Origin: Corynebacterium amycolatum
GTDB lineage: Bacteria > Actinomycetota > Actinomycetes > Mycobacteriales > Mycobacteriaceae
Length of the DNA: 32,000 nucleotides
NCBI RefSeq assembly: GCF_049243625.1
Contig: NZ_CP046975.1
Reading direction: 5' to 3' (one strand)
The notes below the pieces were generated by a model that was given only the letters and a program-made list of their open reading frames with translations, was not told the origin of the DNA and did no database searches. The position numbers and the translations under genes are program-made. How positions within the stretch are numbered: position 1 is the first letter of the stretch; the number at the start of each line of letters is the position of its first letter. Of the stretch, positions 16,011 to 25,945 are shown in pieces.

Positions 16011-16400
16011 ATGAACGACATGACCATAGCGCCCGGCCCGGGGATCCCCGACGGTGCGGTCATCGCCGCCGATCTCGCGGAGCGTTTCGCGAAATCGTCG
16101 ACTCCGGGCGGCCAGGGCGTCAACACGACGGACGGCAAAGTCCAGCTTTCCATCGATGTCGCCGAATGCGCATCGCTTACCGACGCCCAGCGTCACCGTA
16201 TCTCGCGCAACCTCGAGCACCGCCTAGACGGCTCCGTCTTTACCGTGACTGCGTCGACTCAGCGGTCTGTGTTTCGCTCCTGGTCCTCTCGCTTGCACCT
16301 GCGACACAGCCTCGTGCCCCCGGGCCGTAGCGTTCGGGGGAGCACAATAGCCCCAGTCCTCATCACGTCCCGGGATCAAAGAGTTCATCGCAGAGGTTAA
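16011..16400 (+). CDS. ArfB-like peptidyl-tRNA hydrolase (GGQ-motif ribosome-rescue factor family), atypical tail
   Basis: ...FAKSSTPGGQGVNTTDGKVQLSIDV...LDGSVFTVTASTQRS matches the RF-1-domain GGQ core of ArfB/YaeJ. The C-terminal tail is less basic than usual. The stop at 16398-16400 lies 3 nt from the ychF stop. Confidence 0.55.
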   Translation: MNDMTIAPGPGIPDGAVIAADLAERFAKSSTPGGQGVNTTDGKVQLSIDVAECASLTDAQRHRISRNLEHRLDGSVFTVTASTQRSVFRSWSSRLHLRHSLVPPGRSVRGSTIAPVLITSRDQRVHRRG

Positions 16401-16403
16401 GCA

Positions 16404-16427
16404 CTACACGTTGAACTTGAACTCGAC
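16404..16427 (-). repeat. att-like copy D, the functional 3' end of ychF
   Basis: 16408-16427 acgttgaacttgaactcgac encodes VEFKFNV, with TAG at 16404-16406. Confidence 0.8.
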
Positions 16428-17492
16428 CACATCACCGTCGTGCATGATGTAGTCCTTGCCCTCCTGGCGAACCTTGCCCTTGGCCTTCGCCTCGGCAATC
16501 GAACCGGCCTCGACCAAGTCGTTGAAGGACACAATTTCAGCCTTAATGAAACCGCGCTCAAAATCAGTGTGAATCACGCCGGCAGCCTGCGGAGCCGTAG
16601 CACCCTTCGGAATGGTCCAGGCGCGAGACTCCTTCGGGCCAGCGGTCAGGTAGGTCTGTAGCCCCAGGGTGCGGAAACCAGCGCGAGCAAGCGAATGCAG
16701 GCCCGGCTCAGTCTGACCAATTTCGGCCAGCAGCTCATTGCGGGATTCCTCATCCAGCTCCAGCAGGTCCGACTCAGCCTTCGCATCGAGGAATACACAG
16801 TCCGCCGGTTCCACAGCAGCGGCCAGATCCGCGCGGCGGTCCTCGTCGGCAAGCACTTCCTCGTCAGCATTGAAGACGTAGAGGAACGGCTTTGCGGTGA
16901 GCAAGTGCAGCTCGCGCAGAGCGGAGAGCTTCACATCATCGGAAGCAGCGAAGAGAGTGCGCCCCTCTTCCAACACGGCAAGGGCCTGTTTAACGGCTTC
17001 AACCTCGCCGACCTTTTCCTTATCCTTCTTGGCTTCCTTTTCCAGCCGCGGCAGCGCCTTCTCAATGGTCTGGATATCAGCCAGGATGAGCTCGGTTTCA
17101 ATCACACCGATGTCTGAGGCCGGGTCAACCTTGCCGTCGACATGCACGACATCATCATCGTTGAAGACACGGACGACCTGACAGATAGCGTCAGCCTCGC
17201 GGATGTTGGCGAGGAACTTGTTACCCAGGCCTTCGCCCTCCGATGCACCCTTGACGATGCCGGCGATGTCCACAAACGACACCGTAGCCGGAAGAATACG
17301 CTCGGAGCCGTAAATCTCGGCGAGCTTATTCAAACGGGGATCGGGAAGCTCCACAACGCCGACGTTCGGCTCGATGGTGGCGAATGGGTAGTTCGCAGCC
17401 AGCACATCGTTGCGCGTCAAGGCGTTAAACAGGGTTGACTTTCCGACATTGGGCAGACCGACGATTCCAAGTGTAAGACTCACATTGCCCAT
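16404..17492 (-). CDS. ychF: Redox-regulated ribosome-binding ATPase YchF
   Basis: [23 protein letters not shown]-loop, a TGS-like C-terminus and full-length similarity to YchF/Ola1. The start is ATG 17492 (MGNVSLTLG) or GTG 17483 (MSLTLG). The ORF-track start at 17594 is rejected. Confidence 0.93.
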   Translation of the reverse strand: MGNVSLTLGIVGLPNVGKSTLFNALTRNDVLAANYPFATIEPNVGVVELPDPRLNKLAEIYGSERILPATVSFVDIAGIVKGASEGEGLGNKFLANIREADAICQVVRVFNDDDVVHVDGKVDPASDIGVIETELILADIQTIEKALPRLEKEAKKDKEKVGEVEAVKQALAVLEEGRTLFAASDDVKLSALRELHLLTAKPFLYVFNADEEVLADEDRRADLAAAVEPADCVFLDAKAESDLLELDEESRNELLAEIGQTEPGLHSLARAGFRTLGLQTYLTAGPKESRAWTIPKGATAPQAAGVIHTDFERGFIKAEIVSFNDLVEAGSIAEAKAKGKVRQEGKDYIMHDGDVVEFKFNV

Positions 17493-17577
17493 CTTACGGG
17501 CTTGGGAAGACAGATTTGAACTCGCCCTAACTTCGTGAAGTTGCCCCCTATCCCCTGCGAACCCCCATAATGAATAT

Positions 17578-19128
17578 GTGAGCAATAAACCCAATGAAGG
17601 CGAAGAGTGGACTGCGCAGTCCGAAAAAGACGCTATCGATCACGTAATGGGATCGGAGCCTCTGCGTGTAGAACAGTCTCTGTCTATCCCCTCCGACGCC
17701 CATAAGTCAGCGGTAACGCAACCGGATTTGCCGGAAGATGCTGAGAATCTCGATGAGCTTATGAGCGAAAATGACTCCGAGTCCATCGACCGCGCCGACG
17801 TCATTGGCGAGGGCGCCCGATGGTTCGCAGGTTGGTGCCTGCGTTTCCTCATCACCGCAGCGGCGCTGTACGTCAGCGCTATGATTCTGGGAAAGATTTG
17901 GGCTGGCGTTCTGCCGATTCTGTTGGCCCTGATTGTCTCCACGGTGCTGGCTCCGCCCGCAGTGTTCCTGATGAAGCACCGCTGGCCCCGCGCGCTCTCC
18001 GCACTGACGGTCATCCTAGGCGCGCTGGCGGTGCTTGGCGGCGTTGTCGCGGTCCTCGCACCGACTGTGCAGTCGCAGTTCCCAGAATTGCGTCGCCAGT
18101 TCACCGACGGCATCCAAGAAGTCCAGAACATCATTCAGGCCCCACCATTTAACGTCAAGGATGAGCAGATTCTCGATGCTCTGGACCAGGGGTCCACATG
18201 GCTTCAGGAGCGCTCCGGCGATATCGCCAACACAGTCTTCCAAGGCATCTCGGTGGTCTCCTCGGTCGCCGTAACCTTGATGGCAATGCTGGTTCTGACG
18301 TTCTTCTTCATCAAGGACGGCCAGGACTTCCTGCCATGGCTCCGCCGCCTGACCGGACGTCGCCTCGGCTGGCATCTCACGGAGGTACTCACCCGCTCCT
18401 GGAACACGCTGTCGGGCTACATCCGCACGCAGGCTATCGTTTCGCTTATCGACGCGGTCTTCATCGGTGCTGGTCTTGCGATTTTGAATGTGCCGCTGGC
18501 AATGGTTCTGGCCGTGGTGACTTTCTTCGCTGGATTCATTCCTATTGTCGGTGCTTTCACCGCCGGCTTCATTGCAGTGGTAGTCGCACTTGTTGCCAAC
18601 GGCCTGACCACAGCAATCTTTGTCTTGCTCATCATCATTGCCGTCCAGCAGATTGAGGGCAATATCCTCTCCCCGATTCTGCAGTCCAAGGCTATGGACC
18701 TGCACGCCGCAATCGTCCTGCTGGTGGTTCTGCTCGGTGGCGGTATCTTCGGCATCATCGGCGCCTTCCTCGCGGTGCCAGTCACTGCAGTCGTCGCGGT
18801 CTGGTTCCGCTACCTCGGCGACCTCACAGATTTGCGTACGGGTGACAAGACCGCAAAGGATATCGAGTTCGCCACGGATGCCGGATCGATCTCCGGCATT
18901 CAGATTGAAGCTGCCGGCCGTGCGATGCGCGACCGACTGGCTTCGTTCCGCCTGGGCAGTGACGACTCCGACAGCTCTGCAGAGAGCGCCGTGAAGGCAG
19001 ATGCTCGCACCGCCGGTAAGGTTTCCCCCGATGCTGGTCCGACCAAGCAGGAAGAGGGAACGATGACCAAGGCCTTCCATAAAGTCTCTGAAGTGGTCTC
19101 CGGGTCTTTCTCTAAGAAAAAGAAGTAA
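17578..19128 (+). CDS. AI-2E family (PerM/YhhT, UPF0118) transporter
   Basis: 516 aa. A disordered acidic N-terminus, then 7-8 TM helices with the family pattern ...FFFIKDG...L.A.L.FIPIVGA....QQIEGNILSP...LHA..VLL. The GTG start at 17578 is uncertain. Confidence 0.85.
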   Translation: MSNKPNEGEEWTAQSEKDAIDHVMGSEPLRVEQSLSIPSDAHKSAVTQPDLPEDAENLDELMSENDSESIDRADVIGEGARWFAGWCLRFLITAAALYVSAMILGKIWAGVLPILLALIVSTVLAPPAVFLMKHRWPRALSALTVILGALAVLGGVVAVLAPTVQSQFPELRRQFTDGIQEVQNIIQAPPFNVKDEQILDALDQGSTWLQERSGDIANTVFQGISVVSSVAVTLMAMLVLTFFFIKDGQDFLPWLRRLTGRRLGWHLTEVLTRSWNTLSGYIRTQAIVSLIDAVFIGAGLAILNVPLAMVLAVVTFFAGFIPIVGAFTAGFIAVVVALVANGLTTAIFVLLIIIAVQQIEGNILSPILQSKAMDLHAAIVLLVVLLGGGIFGIIGAFLAVPVTAVVAVWFRYLGDLTDLRTGDKTAKDIEFATDAGSISGIQIEAAGRAMRDRLASFRLGSDDSDSSAESAVKADARTAGKVSPDAGPTKQEEGTMTKAFHKVSEVVSGSFSKKKK

Positions 19129-19144
19129 GGCGAAATTTTAAGAC

Positions 19145-19175
19145 ACGGGCGAGCCCACATACCGGGCTTGCCCGT
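19145..19175 (+). terminator. Hairpin after the AI-2E transporter gene
   Basis: acgggcgagccc, a 7-nt loop, gggcttgcccgt (one G-U pair). The downstream U tract is weak. Confidence 0.45.
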
Positions 19176-19207
19176 ATTATCACTAATAACCGGTAGGATA
19201 CGCATTC

Positions 19208-20362
19208 GTGTCGAACAGATCAGCAATAACCCGTAAAGGCAGTGGAAACAAACCCCTGCTTCCACGCGTGCCAATGTTTGTGCCGCCGTTGCTGATGCTT
19301 CTAGCTGGCGTTATTGGTTTGCTCTTTTCTGTTCCCAACGGTTCGATTGGCAAGCCCTACTTCATTGCTTTTGCCGTGGCTGCTGTGGCCGGAACACTGT
19401 TGGTGGTTCCTCGCGGTCTGGTAGTTACCGTCGCTCAAATCCCCATTTTGTTCGCGCTTGTCACCTTTTTCACAGCGTGGTTTACCGGTTCTCTCGCCGA
19501 TCCTGAAAATGGTGGCGCGACCGCGACGACCTCTAAACGCGCTCGCCTGGTGACCTCGGCATATCCCATCATCCAGCAGTTCCCGTGGCTGCTGGTCTTG
19601 ATGATTATCTGTGTCATCATCGCAGTGTGGCGTTACCTCGAAATCACCCGCACCCAGGAGAAATCCCTCAACACCCAGCGCAAGGTCGCTAAACAACGCC
19701 AGCACCGTGACGAAGCCGCTGTCGAATCCAGCTCTCAGGTTCGCCGTCGTCTCGCCGAATCTGATCGCCGGGTCGCCTCTCGTACCCAGGAACGTCCTGC
19801 TTCACGACGTCCCGCTGCGGACATTATCCGAGATGCCGAAGCTCGCCGCCAGGCGCGCCAGCAAGCTGCACGCTCTCGGCAGGAGACTTCTCGTTCTGGT
19901 GCCCGACCTGCAGCGAACGCCAACTCGGCATCGCGCAACGCCGAGCAACTGCGTAAGCGACCAGTTGACCGTTCTGGGGAGCGTGCCCAGCAGCGCTCGA
20001 ATTTCGCACAGCGGGCTCAGCAGCCAACCTCCCGTTGGCAGTCTCGCCCGCATCCGGGGCAGGCGCAGTTCACTCAGGATTCCACTTCGCCGAAATCGAC
20101 TAGACAGCAGCCTCGTCGTCCGATTGAAAGGCCAAACGCACCGCAGCGGCCAACGCCAGAGTTTCCCCGTCGTCAAGCTGAAGGAACGGCACGGATGTGG
20201 GGAGAACAGTCTTCACCGGAGTCTCCGTCCGAAAAGTCTCAACAGAGCCCCGCACGCCAAGTGGGCAACCACCGCCGCACCGAGGAGTGGCCACCGCGAC
20301 AGCAGCGCCCTCGCCAGGAGCGGATAACCGGCCGCGATAGCAGGTCTCGTTACCGCAAGTAG
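19208..20362 (+). CDS. Integral membrane protein (4 TM) with a ~230-aa Arg/Gln/Ser/Pro-rich disordered C-terminal tail
   Basis: GTG start. Four hydrophobic helices in the first ~150 aa, then low-complexity sequence such as ...RQARQQAARSRQETSRSGARP...QQPRRPIERPNAPQRP.... Codon usage is consistent with neighbouring core genes. It may belong to the family found next to xseA in Corynebacteriales, but I am not certain. Confidence 0.65.
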   Translation: MSNRSAITRKGSGNKPLLPRVPMFVPPLLMLLAGVIGLLFSVPNGSIGKPYFIAFAVAAVAGTLLVVPRGLVVTVAQIPILFALVTFFTAWFTGSLADPENGGATATTSKRARLVTSAYPIIQQFPWLLVLMIICVIIAVWRYLEITRTQEKSLNTQRKVAKQRQHRDEAAVESSSQVRRRLAESDRRVASRTQERPASRRPAADIIRDAEARRQARQQAARSRQETSRSGARPAANANSASRNAEQLRKRPVDRSGERAQQRSNFAQRAQQPTSRWQSRPHPGQAQFTQDSTSPKSTRQQPRRPIERPNAPQRPTPEFPRRQAEGTARMWGEQSSPESPSEKSQQSPARQVGNHRRTEEWPPRQQRPRQERITGRDSRSRYRK

Positions 20363-20388
20363 CTCGGGCTTGCACTTTTACCGTCACA

Positions 20389-20421
20389 GTTGCCCACAGG
20401 CAAATTTAGCCTGTGGGCAAC
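20389..20421 (+). terminator. Rho-independent terminator-like hairpin
   Basis: gttgcccacaggc, loop aaattta, gcctgtgggcaac (13-bp perfect stem), then ctgcgtttatt. Confidence 0.65.
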
Positions 20422-20469
20422 CTGCGTTTATTAGCAGGGCGATCCGCCCCATCGTGTAAGTGTTGATGT

Positions 20470-21705
20470 ATGTCGAAAATGGAAACGTCGGCCGAGAAAC
20501 CGGTTCAGGTTCGGCGCCTGAACCAGTTAGTCAAGGACTATATTGAGCGCCTTGGACAGATTTGGGTCGAGGGGGAAATCGCCCAGGTCAACTCCAAGCC
20601 GAGCTGGAAGCTCTCCTACATCACTCTGCGTGACACCTCCGCGGAGTTTTCGGTGTCGGTGACTTGTTCTACCGCGGCTCTGCGCAATAATCCGTTGCGC
20701 AACGGCGACCGCGTAGTGGTTTTGGGTAAGCCTGCGTTTTATGCCGGGCGGGGGCAGTTTTCCCTGTGGGCTACGGAGTGGAGGCCCGTAGGTTTGGGGC
20801 AACTATTGGCACGGCTGGAACAGCTGCGCCAGGCGCTAGCGGCGGAAGGCCTTTTTGATCCACGGCTGAAACGCCCTCTGCCCTACCTCCCCAACAAGAT
20901 CGGGTTGATTACCGGTCGCGGTTCGGCAGCTGAACGCGATGTGCTTTCGGTTGCGGGTGCCCGCTGGCCTGAGGTGGACTTCCGGGTAATCAACACAATT
21001 GTGCAGGGAGCCAAGGCTGTTCCGGAGATTATTGAGGCGCTGGCACAGCTCGACGCCGACCCGGAGGTCGATGTCATCATCGTCGCCCGTGGCGGTGGCA
21101 GTGTCGAAGATTTGCTGCCTTTTTCAGATGAGGCGCTGATTCGTGCGGTGAGTAAGGCGACAACACCGGTGGTTTCTGCGATCGGACACGAGCCGGATAC
21201 TCCGCTGTTGGATTACGTCGCTGATTTACGTGCTGCCACACCTACGGATGCAGCGAAGAAAACAGTGCCCGATGCTGCTGAGGAACGCCGCCTAATTGCA
21301 CAGCTGCGTGAGCGCTCCTCAGCATCTCTGCGGCGATGGGTTGACCGTGAAGTAGCGACCCTGCGGGATTTGACGTCGCGGCCGGTACTGCGCGATCCAC
21401 TCACTCCCATCCGCGTGCGTGACGAGTTTGTCACGGCGCAGGTGGATCGGCTGCGTTTTCTCATTCACCGCAGTCTGGAACGCGAGGAAGCAGTGGTATC
21501 GGGATTGCGCGGCAAGGTTTCAGCACTTGGCCCCTCTGCCACACTCGCTCGCGGCTATGCCATCGTGCAGGCACAATCGGCTACTCAGCCAGAACCACAG
21601 ATTGTGACCTCTATTGCAGATGCTCCGATGGGTTCCCAACTACGAATTCGCGTCAGTGACGGCTCCATCTCTGCAGCGACGCTAGCTACGAAGCCGGCGA
21701 ATTAA
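20470..21705 (+). CDS. xseA: Exodeoxyribonuclease VII large subunit
   Basis: 411 aa. An OB-fold N-terminus (VW.EGEI...) and a catalytic core ...[14 protein letters not shown]...ARGGGS.EDL..F.... An xseB gene lies immediately downstream. Confidence 0.93.
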   Translation: MSKMETSAEKPVQVRRLNQLVKDYIERLGQIWVEGEIAQVNSKPSWKLSYITLRDTSAEFSVSVTCSTAALRNNPLRNGDRVVVLGKPAFYAGRGQFSLWATEWRPVGLGQLLARLEQLRQALAAEGLFDPRLKRPLPYLPNKIGLITGRGSAAERDVLSVAGARWPEVDFRVINTIVQGAKAVPEIIEALAQLDADPEVDVIIVARGGGSVEDLLPFSDEALIRAVSKATTPVVSAIGHEPDTPLLDYVADLRAATPTDAAKKTVPDAAEERRLIAQLRERSSASLRRWVDREVATLRDLTSRPVLRDPLTPIRVRDEFVTAQVDRLRFLIHRSLEREEAVVSGLRGKVSALGPSATLARGYAIVQAQSATQPEPQIVTSIADAPMGSQLRIRVSDGSISAATLATKPAN

Positions 21706-21766
21706 TAAGCACTGACTTTTCCAACCTTGAAGCTTTAATTACTAGATGTGAAGGACGTATTCGCTA

Positions 21767-22057
21767 ATGAATGACAATGTTTTCGGCGCGGGTCAGGCTC
21801 CCTCTTCGGAGGAACAGGTACCGGTTGAGAACCTGAGCTACGAGCAGGCGCGAGATGCACTCGTCGAGACCGTCAAGCTCCTAGAACTCGGGCAGATGAG
21901 CCTGGATGAATCCCTGGCGCTGTGGGAGCGAGGCGAGGCGCTGGCCCGCCGCTGCGAGGCGCATTTGGCTGGCGCCCGGGCAAAGGTTGAAGCCGCCTTG
22001 GCCAGCAAAAATCAGGATGCCGCGACTTCGGCCGAGAATGGGGGCGGTAAGGAATAA
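21767..22057 (+). CDS. xseB: Exodeoxyribonuclease VII small subunit
   Basis: 96 aa. ...[45 protein letters not shown] is the typical XseB helical hairpin. Confidence 0.9.
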   Translation: MNDNVFGAGQAPSSEEQVPVENLSYEQARDALVETVKLLELGQMSLDESLALWERGEALARRCEAHLAGARAKVEAALASKNQDAATSAENGGGKE

Positions 22058-22060
22058 AAA

Positions 22061-22101
22061 GAGACGAGGAACGACCGTCAGTGCACGTCGTTTCTCGTCT
22101 C
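22061..22101 (-). terminator. Hairpin terminator between convergent xseB and the DUF4245 gene
   Basis: gagacgaggaacgac (22061-22075) pairs with gtcgtttctcgtctc (22087-22101) at 14/15. The U tract is on the minus-strand side (plus aataaaaa at 22053-22060). Confidence 0.6.
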
Positions 22102-22175
22102 GTCGCCGATAGCTGAGTTCAGCTATTTTATGGCCCTAGATGGGATTACCAATCCAGGTGAGTGCTCGACTCGGC

Positions 22176-22805
22176 CTACTTTGCTGGTGCCGATGGCGTC
22201 CCGGACGCAGTCTGCTGCGGCTGTGACGGATCCGGCATTGTCGCGTCCGGATCGATTGGCTCGGCCTTCTGCAAAGCCGCCGCCAACTGTGTGAACTCCT
22301 CGTCGTTGGCAGTGCCCTCGATAATTGCGCGGGAGTCACCGAGGTCCCCAACCCATACGCGACGCACGTTGTCCTCAGCCGGCACATACTTAGTCCAGGT
22401 TGTACCTTCCACGTCAGTGGTACCGTCGCGGAGACGATTCTTACCGTCATCCGGCAGCTGACCTGCTTCCGCATCTGTTTGCGTGACCTGAATGAATGCT
22501 CCGCTAGCGGTGACATAGCCAATAATGGTCGTCTGCTTCCCCGCCGCCATACCCGCGCGGGTCGAGTTTGAAGTCCAGCCCTCAGGCACCTTCGGCAGGC
22601 GAACTGGATAGTCCACGCGCCGAGCCTCCATGTTCACGAATGGGGCGGCATCGACCTCGCGCACCGGACCGTTTTCCGGCTTCCCGGGGTTAAAACTGCA
22701 CAGGCCGGTAAAGCCGATGGTGACAGCCACCGCAAGAAACATCACCACGAGGGTGAGAACCATGTCTCGACTGTCCTGCAAAATCCTAGGTTTCTCATTC
22801 GCCAC
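22176..22805 (-). CDS. DUF4245 domain membrane-anchored protein
   Basis: 209 aa. An N-terminal TM anchor followed by ...SFNPG......VD......A......P.R.P..P.GW..NS.... It occupies the conserved position between xseB and glpX in Corynebacteriales. Confidence 0.8.
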   Translation of the reverse strand: MANEKPRILQDSRDMVLTLVVMFLAVAVTIGFTGLCSFNPGKPENGPVREVDAAPFVNMEARRVDYPVRLPKVPEGWTSNSTRAGMAAGKQTTIIGYVTASGAFIQVTQTDAEAGQLPDDGKNRLRDGTTDVEGTTWTKYVPAEDNVRRVWVGDLGDSRAIIEGTANDEEFTQLAAALQKAEPIDPDATMPDPSQPQQTASGTPSAPAK

Positions 22806-23175
22806 GCGCTCAAGTATGCCAAAGGCCTCGCAACGAACCTAGTCATCAGTCGCATCCGCACAGCTGCGGCTAGCAATACTTGATGACGGACGCTGTCGAC
22901 GTCGTCAAGCGAACTGACGCCGGAACAAACTTTTGATACCCGCATGATGTGGGGGTTTAGCCCTGAAGCTCCCCCCACTTTGGCGCTGCGTCCACCCCCG
23001 AACATGAAAAAGGTGGAACACTAGTAACAGATGCAATGGCGCTCAAAAGGACGCGCCAAACATCGATAAATAGAAATTGTTGCAGCGCCAAACCCCAGTT
23101 TCCTGGCGTGGCGTCTCCCAGCACATTCTCAAACCTCAAAAGAGTTCCTAAAAAAGACGGAAGGGCCAGAATTCA

Positions 23176-24201
23176 ATGAACGCCTCGAATCCTGAAGCAC
23201 CAGATCGCAACCTTGCGATGGAGCTCGTCCGAGTTACTGAGTCCGCTGCACTGGCAGCCGGTCAGTGGGTCGGCCGTGGTCAGAAGGAAAAGGGCGACGG
23301 CGCTGCCGTCGATGCCATGCGTCAGCTCATCAACACCGTGGCTATGAACGGTGTCGTTGTAATTGGCGAGGGCGAAAAGGACGAAGCCCCGATGCTGTTC
23401 AACGGCGAAAAGGTCGGCAACGGCCAAGGCCCGGCCGTTGACATCGCGGTTGACCCGATTGACGGCACGACTCTGATGGCTGAGGGCCGCCCGAACTCCA
23501 TCGCTGTTCTTGCCGCTGCAGACCGCGGTTCCATGTACGACCCATCGGCTGTGTTCTACATGGACAAGATTGCTGTTGGCCCGGAAGCTGCCGGCAAGAT
23601 TGACATCGAGGCTCCGGTTGAGCACAACATTAAAGCCGTCGCTAAGGCCAAGGGTCTGCGTCCGGAAGATGTCACCGTTGTCGTGCTGGATCGCCCGCGC
23701 CACGCTGACATGATTCGTGACATCCGCGAGGCTGGCGCCAAGGTTCGCCTAATCGGCGACGGTGACGTTGCCGGCGCTGTTGCCGCAGCGCAGGACACGA
23801 ACTCCGTCGATATCATGATGGGCGTCGGCGGCACCCCAGAAGGTGTCATCACCGCATGCGCCATGAAGTGTATGGGCGGCGAGATCCAGGGCAAACTGCA
23901 CCCGCGCGATGAGGCTGAAATTAAGAAGGCTCTCGACGCTGGACACGATCTTTCTCGTGTTCTGACCACCGATGACCTGGTCGCATCCGACAACTGCTAC
24001 TTCGTTGCCACCGGTGTCACCAACGGCGACATGCTGCGCGGCGTCGCTTACCGCGGTAACGGTGCATGGACCCGCTCGCTGGTTATGCGCTCCAAGTCCG
24101 GCACCATTCGCCGCATCGAGGCTTTCCACTCCCTGGAGAAGCTGCGTAAGTACGCCACCATCGACTACGGCAAGGGCGAGATGCCTGACATCGATCTGTA
24201 A
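23176..24201 (+). CDS. glpX: Class II fructose-1,6-bisphosphatase
   Basis: 341 aa. ...VTE.AALAA..W.GRG.K...D.AAVDAMR...[13 protein letters not shown]...DPIDGTT.... Confidence 0.95.
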   Translation: MNASNPEAPDRNLAMELVRVTESAALAAGQWVGRGQKEKGDGAAVDAMRQLINTVAMNGVVVIGEGEKDEAPMLFNGEKVGNGQGPAVDIAVDPIDGTTLMAEGRPNSIAVLAAADRGSMYDPSAVFYMDKIAVGPEAAGKIDIEAPVEHNIKAVAKAKGLRPEDVTVVVLDRPRHADMIRDIREAGAKVRLIGDGDVAGAVAAAQDTNSVDIMMGVGGTPEGVITACAMKCMGGEIQGKLHPRDEAEIKKALDAGHDLSRVLTTDDLVASDNCYFVATGVTNGDMLRGVAYRGNGAWTRSLVMRSKSGTIRRIEAFHSLEKLRKYATIDYGKGEMPDIDL

Positions 24202-24215
24202 GTAACTACCCCTTT

Positions 24216-24244
24216 AGTGGTGCCCTCAGGGCACCACTTTTTTA
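24216..24244 (+). terminator. Rho-independent terminator of glpX
   Basis: agtggtgccc, loop tca, gggcaccact, followed by TTTTTT (24239-24244). Confidence 0.85.
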
Positions 24245-24361
24245 TCAATCTGATTCATACTTGAAGGCGAATGCGCTAGCGGCTCTGCATCGCATGAAAA
24301 TGACATGCGAAATCGGCCGTTGTGCACGCACTCAAGTTCCCCTAACTGAAAGAGGCAACGA

Positions 24362-25762
24362 ATGACAGAGCAGCAGTTCCGCATCGAGCACGACACTATG
24401 GGCGAGGTCAAGGTTCCGGTTAACGCACTGTGGCGCGCACAGACTCAGCGTGCAGTTGAGAACTTCCCGATTTCCGGCCGTCCGCTGGAGTCTGCACAGA
24501 TTCGCGCTATGGGTCTGCTGAAGGCAGCTTGCGCCATCGTCAACAAGGACCGCGGCCTGCTGTCTGCTGAGCAGGCAGATGCCATCGTCGCCGCTGCCAA
24601 GGAAATTGCTGAAGGCAAGCACGATGCTGAGTTCCCGATTGATGTCTTCCAGACCGGTTCGGGCACTTCCTCCAACATGAATACCAACGAAGTCATTGCA
24701 TCCATCGCAAAGGCCAACGGCGTTGAGGTTCACCCGAATGACCACGTCAACATGGGCCAGTCTTCCAACGACACCTTCCCAACTGCTACTCACGTCGCAG
24801 CAACCGAGGCAGCTGTCAAGGACCTCATCCCGGGACTGAAGGTTCTGCAGGAGTCCCTGGCTAAGAAGGCCAAGGAATGGGAGACCGTTGTTAAGTCCGG
24901 CCGCACTCACCTGATGGACGCTGTTCCGGTGACCCTGGGTCAAGAGTTCTCCGGTTACGCTCGCCAGATTGAGGCTGGCATTGAGCGCATCGAGGCGACC
25001 CTGCCGCGTCTGGGCGAGCTGCCAATTGGTGGTACCGCTGTTGGCACTGGCCTGAACACCCCGGCGGACTTCGGCGCCAAGGTCACCGCTGAGCTCGTCG
25101 AGCTGACCGGCATCAAGGAGCTGCGCGAGGCTCAGAACCACTTCGAGGCTCAGGCTAACCGCGACGGCCTGGTGGAATTCTCCGGCGCTATGCGCACCGC
25201 CGCAGTCTCCCTGAACAAGATCGCAAACGACATCCGCTGGATGGGCTCCGGCCCACTGACCGGTCTTGCTGAGATTCACCTGCCGGACCTGCAGCCGGGT
25301 TCCTCCATCATGCCGGGTAAGGTCAACCCAGTTCTGTGCGAGACCGCCACCCAGGTCGCAGCGCAGGTTCTGGGCAACGACACCGCTGTTGAGTTCGCGG
25401 GTGCTAACGGCGCATTCGAGCTGAACGTCTTCATCCCGGTCATGGCACGTAACGTGCTGGAGTCCGCTAAGCTGCTGGCGAACACCGCACGTGTCTTCGC
25501 TGAGAAGCTGGTCGACGGCATCGAGCCGAACGTTGAGCGTATGAAGACTTTGGCTGAGTCCTCCCCGTCGATTGTGACCCCGCTGAACTCCGCCATCGGC
25601 TACGAGAACGCAGCTAAGGTCGCTAAGACCGCTCTGAAGGAAGGTAAGACCATCCGTCAGACTGTTATTGACATGGGCTTCGTCGACGGCGAGAAGCTGA
25701 CCGAGGAAGAGCTGGACAAGCGCCTCGACGTGCTGGCAATGGCCAACACTGATCGTGACTAG
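24362..25762 (+). CDS. fumC: Class II fumarate hydratase
   Basis: 466 aa. [19 protein letters not shown]..., the GSSxMPxKxN signature ([11 protein letters not shown]) and [10 protein letters not shown]. Confidence 0.96.
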   Translation: MTEQQFRIEHDTMGEVKVPVNALWRAQTQRAVENFPISGRPLESAQIRAMGLLKAACAIVNKDRGLLSAEQADAIVAAAKEIAEGKHDAEFPIDVFQTGSGTSSNMNTNEVIASIAKANGVEVHPNDHVNMGQSSNDTFPTATHVAATEAAVKDLIPGLKVLQESLAKKAKEWETVVKSGRTHLMDAVPVTLGQEFSGYARQIEAGIERIEATLPRLGELPIGGTAVGTGLNTPADFGAKVTAELVELTGIKELREAQNHFEAQANRDGLVEFSGAMRTAAVSLNKIANDIRWMGSGPLTGLAEIHLPDLQPGSSIMPGKVNPVLCETATQVAAQVLGNDTAVEFAGANGAFELNVFIPVMARNVLESAKLLANTARVFAEKLVDGIEPNVERMKTLAESSPSIVTPLNSAIGYENAAKVAKTALKEGKTIRQTVIDMGFVDGEKLTEEELDKRLDVLAMANTDRD

Positions 25763-25804
25763 TTCTTTTCTGAGCTCAAAGGTGTGAATGCACCTTCCGT
25801 ATAA

Positions 25805-25850
25805 GACCCCGGAGTCTCACTTCGTTGAGAGACTCCGGGGTCCTTTGTTT
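25805..25850 (+). terminator. Rho-independent terminator of fumC
   Basis: gaccccggagtctc (25805-25818) pairs perfectly with gagactccggggtc (25829-25842), followed by ctttgtttt. Confidence 0.8.
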
Positions 25851-25945
25851 TGGTACTCCCCATTCGCAATGATCGGAGAGTGACTTCGTGTCCCCCATTC
25901 GACCCCTGCCATACTGCCGGGGATGCGCCCTGCGGCAAACTTTAT

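Larger units (their letters stand above)
13231..16403. mobile_element. Module 3: integrase-less mercury-resistance module between att copy C and ychF
   Basis: Bounded by identical 20-bp repeats. Cargo is merR, merA, a membrane protein and arfB-like, plus an LLM gene fragment. Very GC-rich by eye. Confidence 0.6.
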
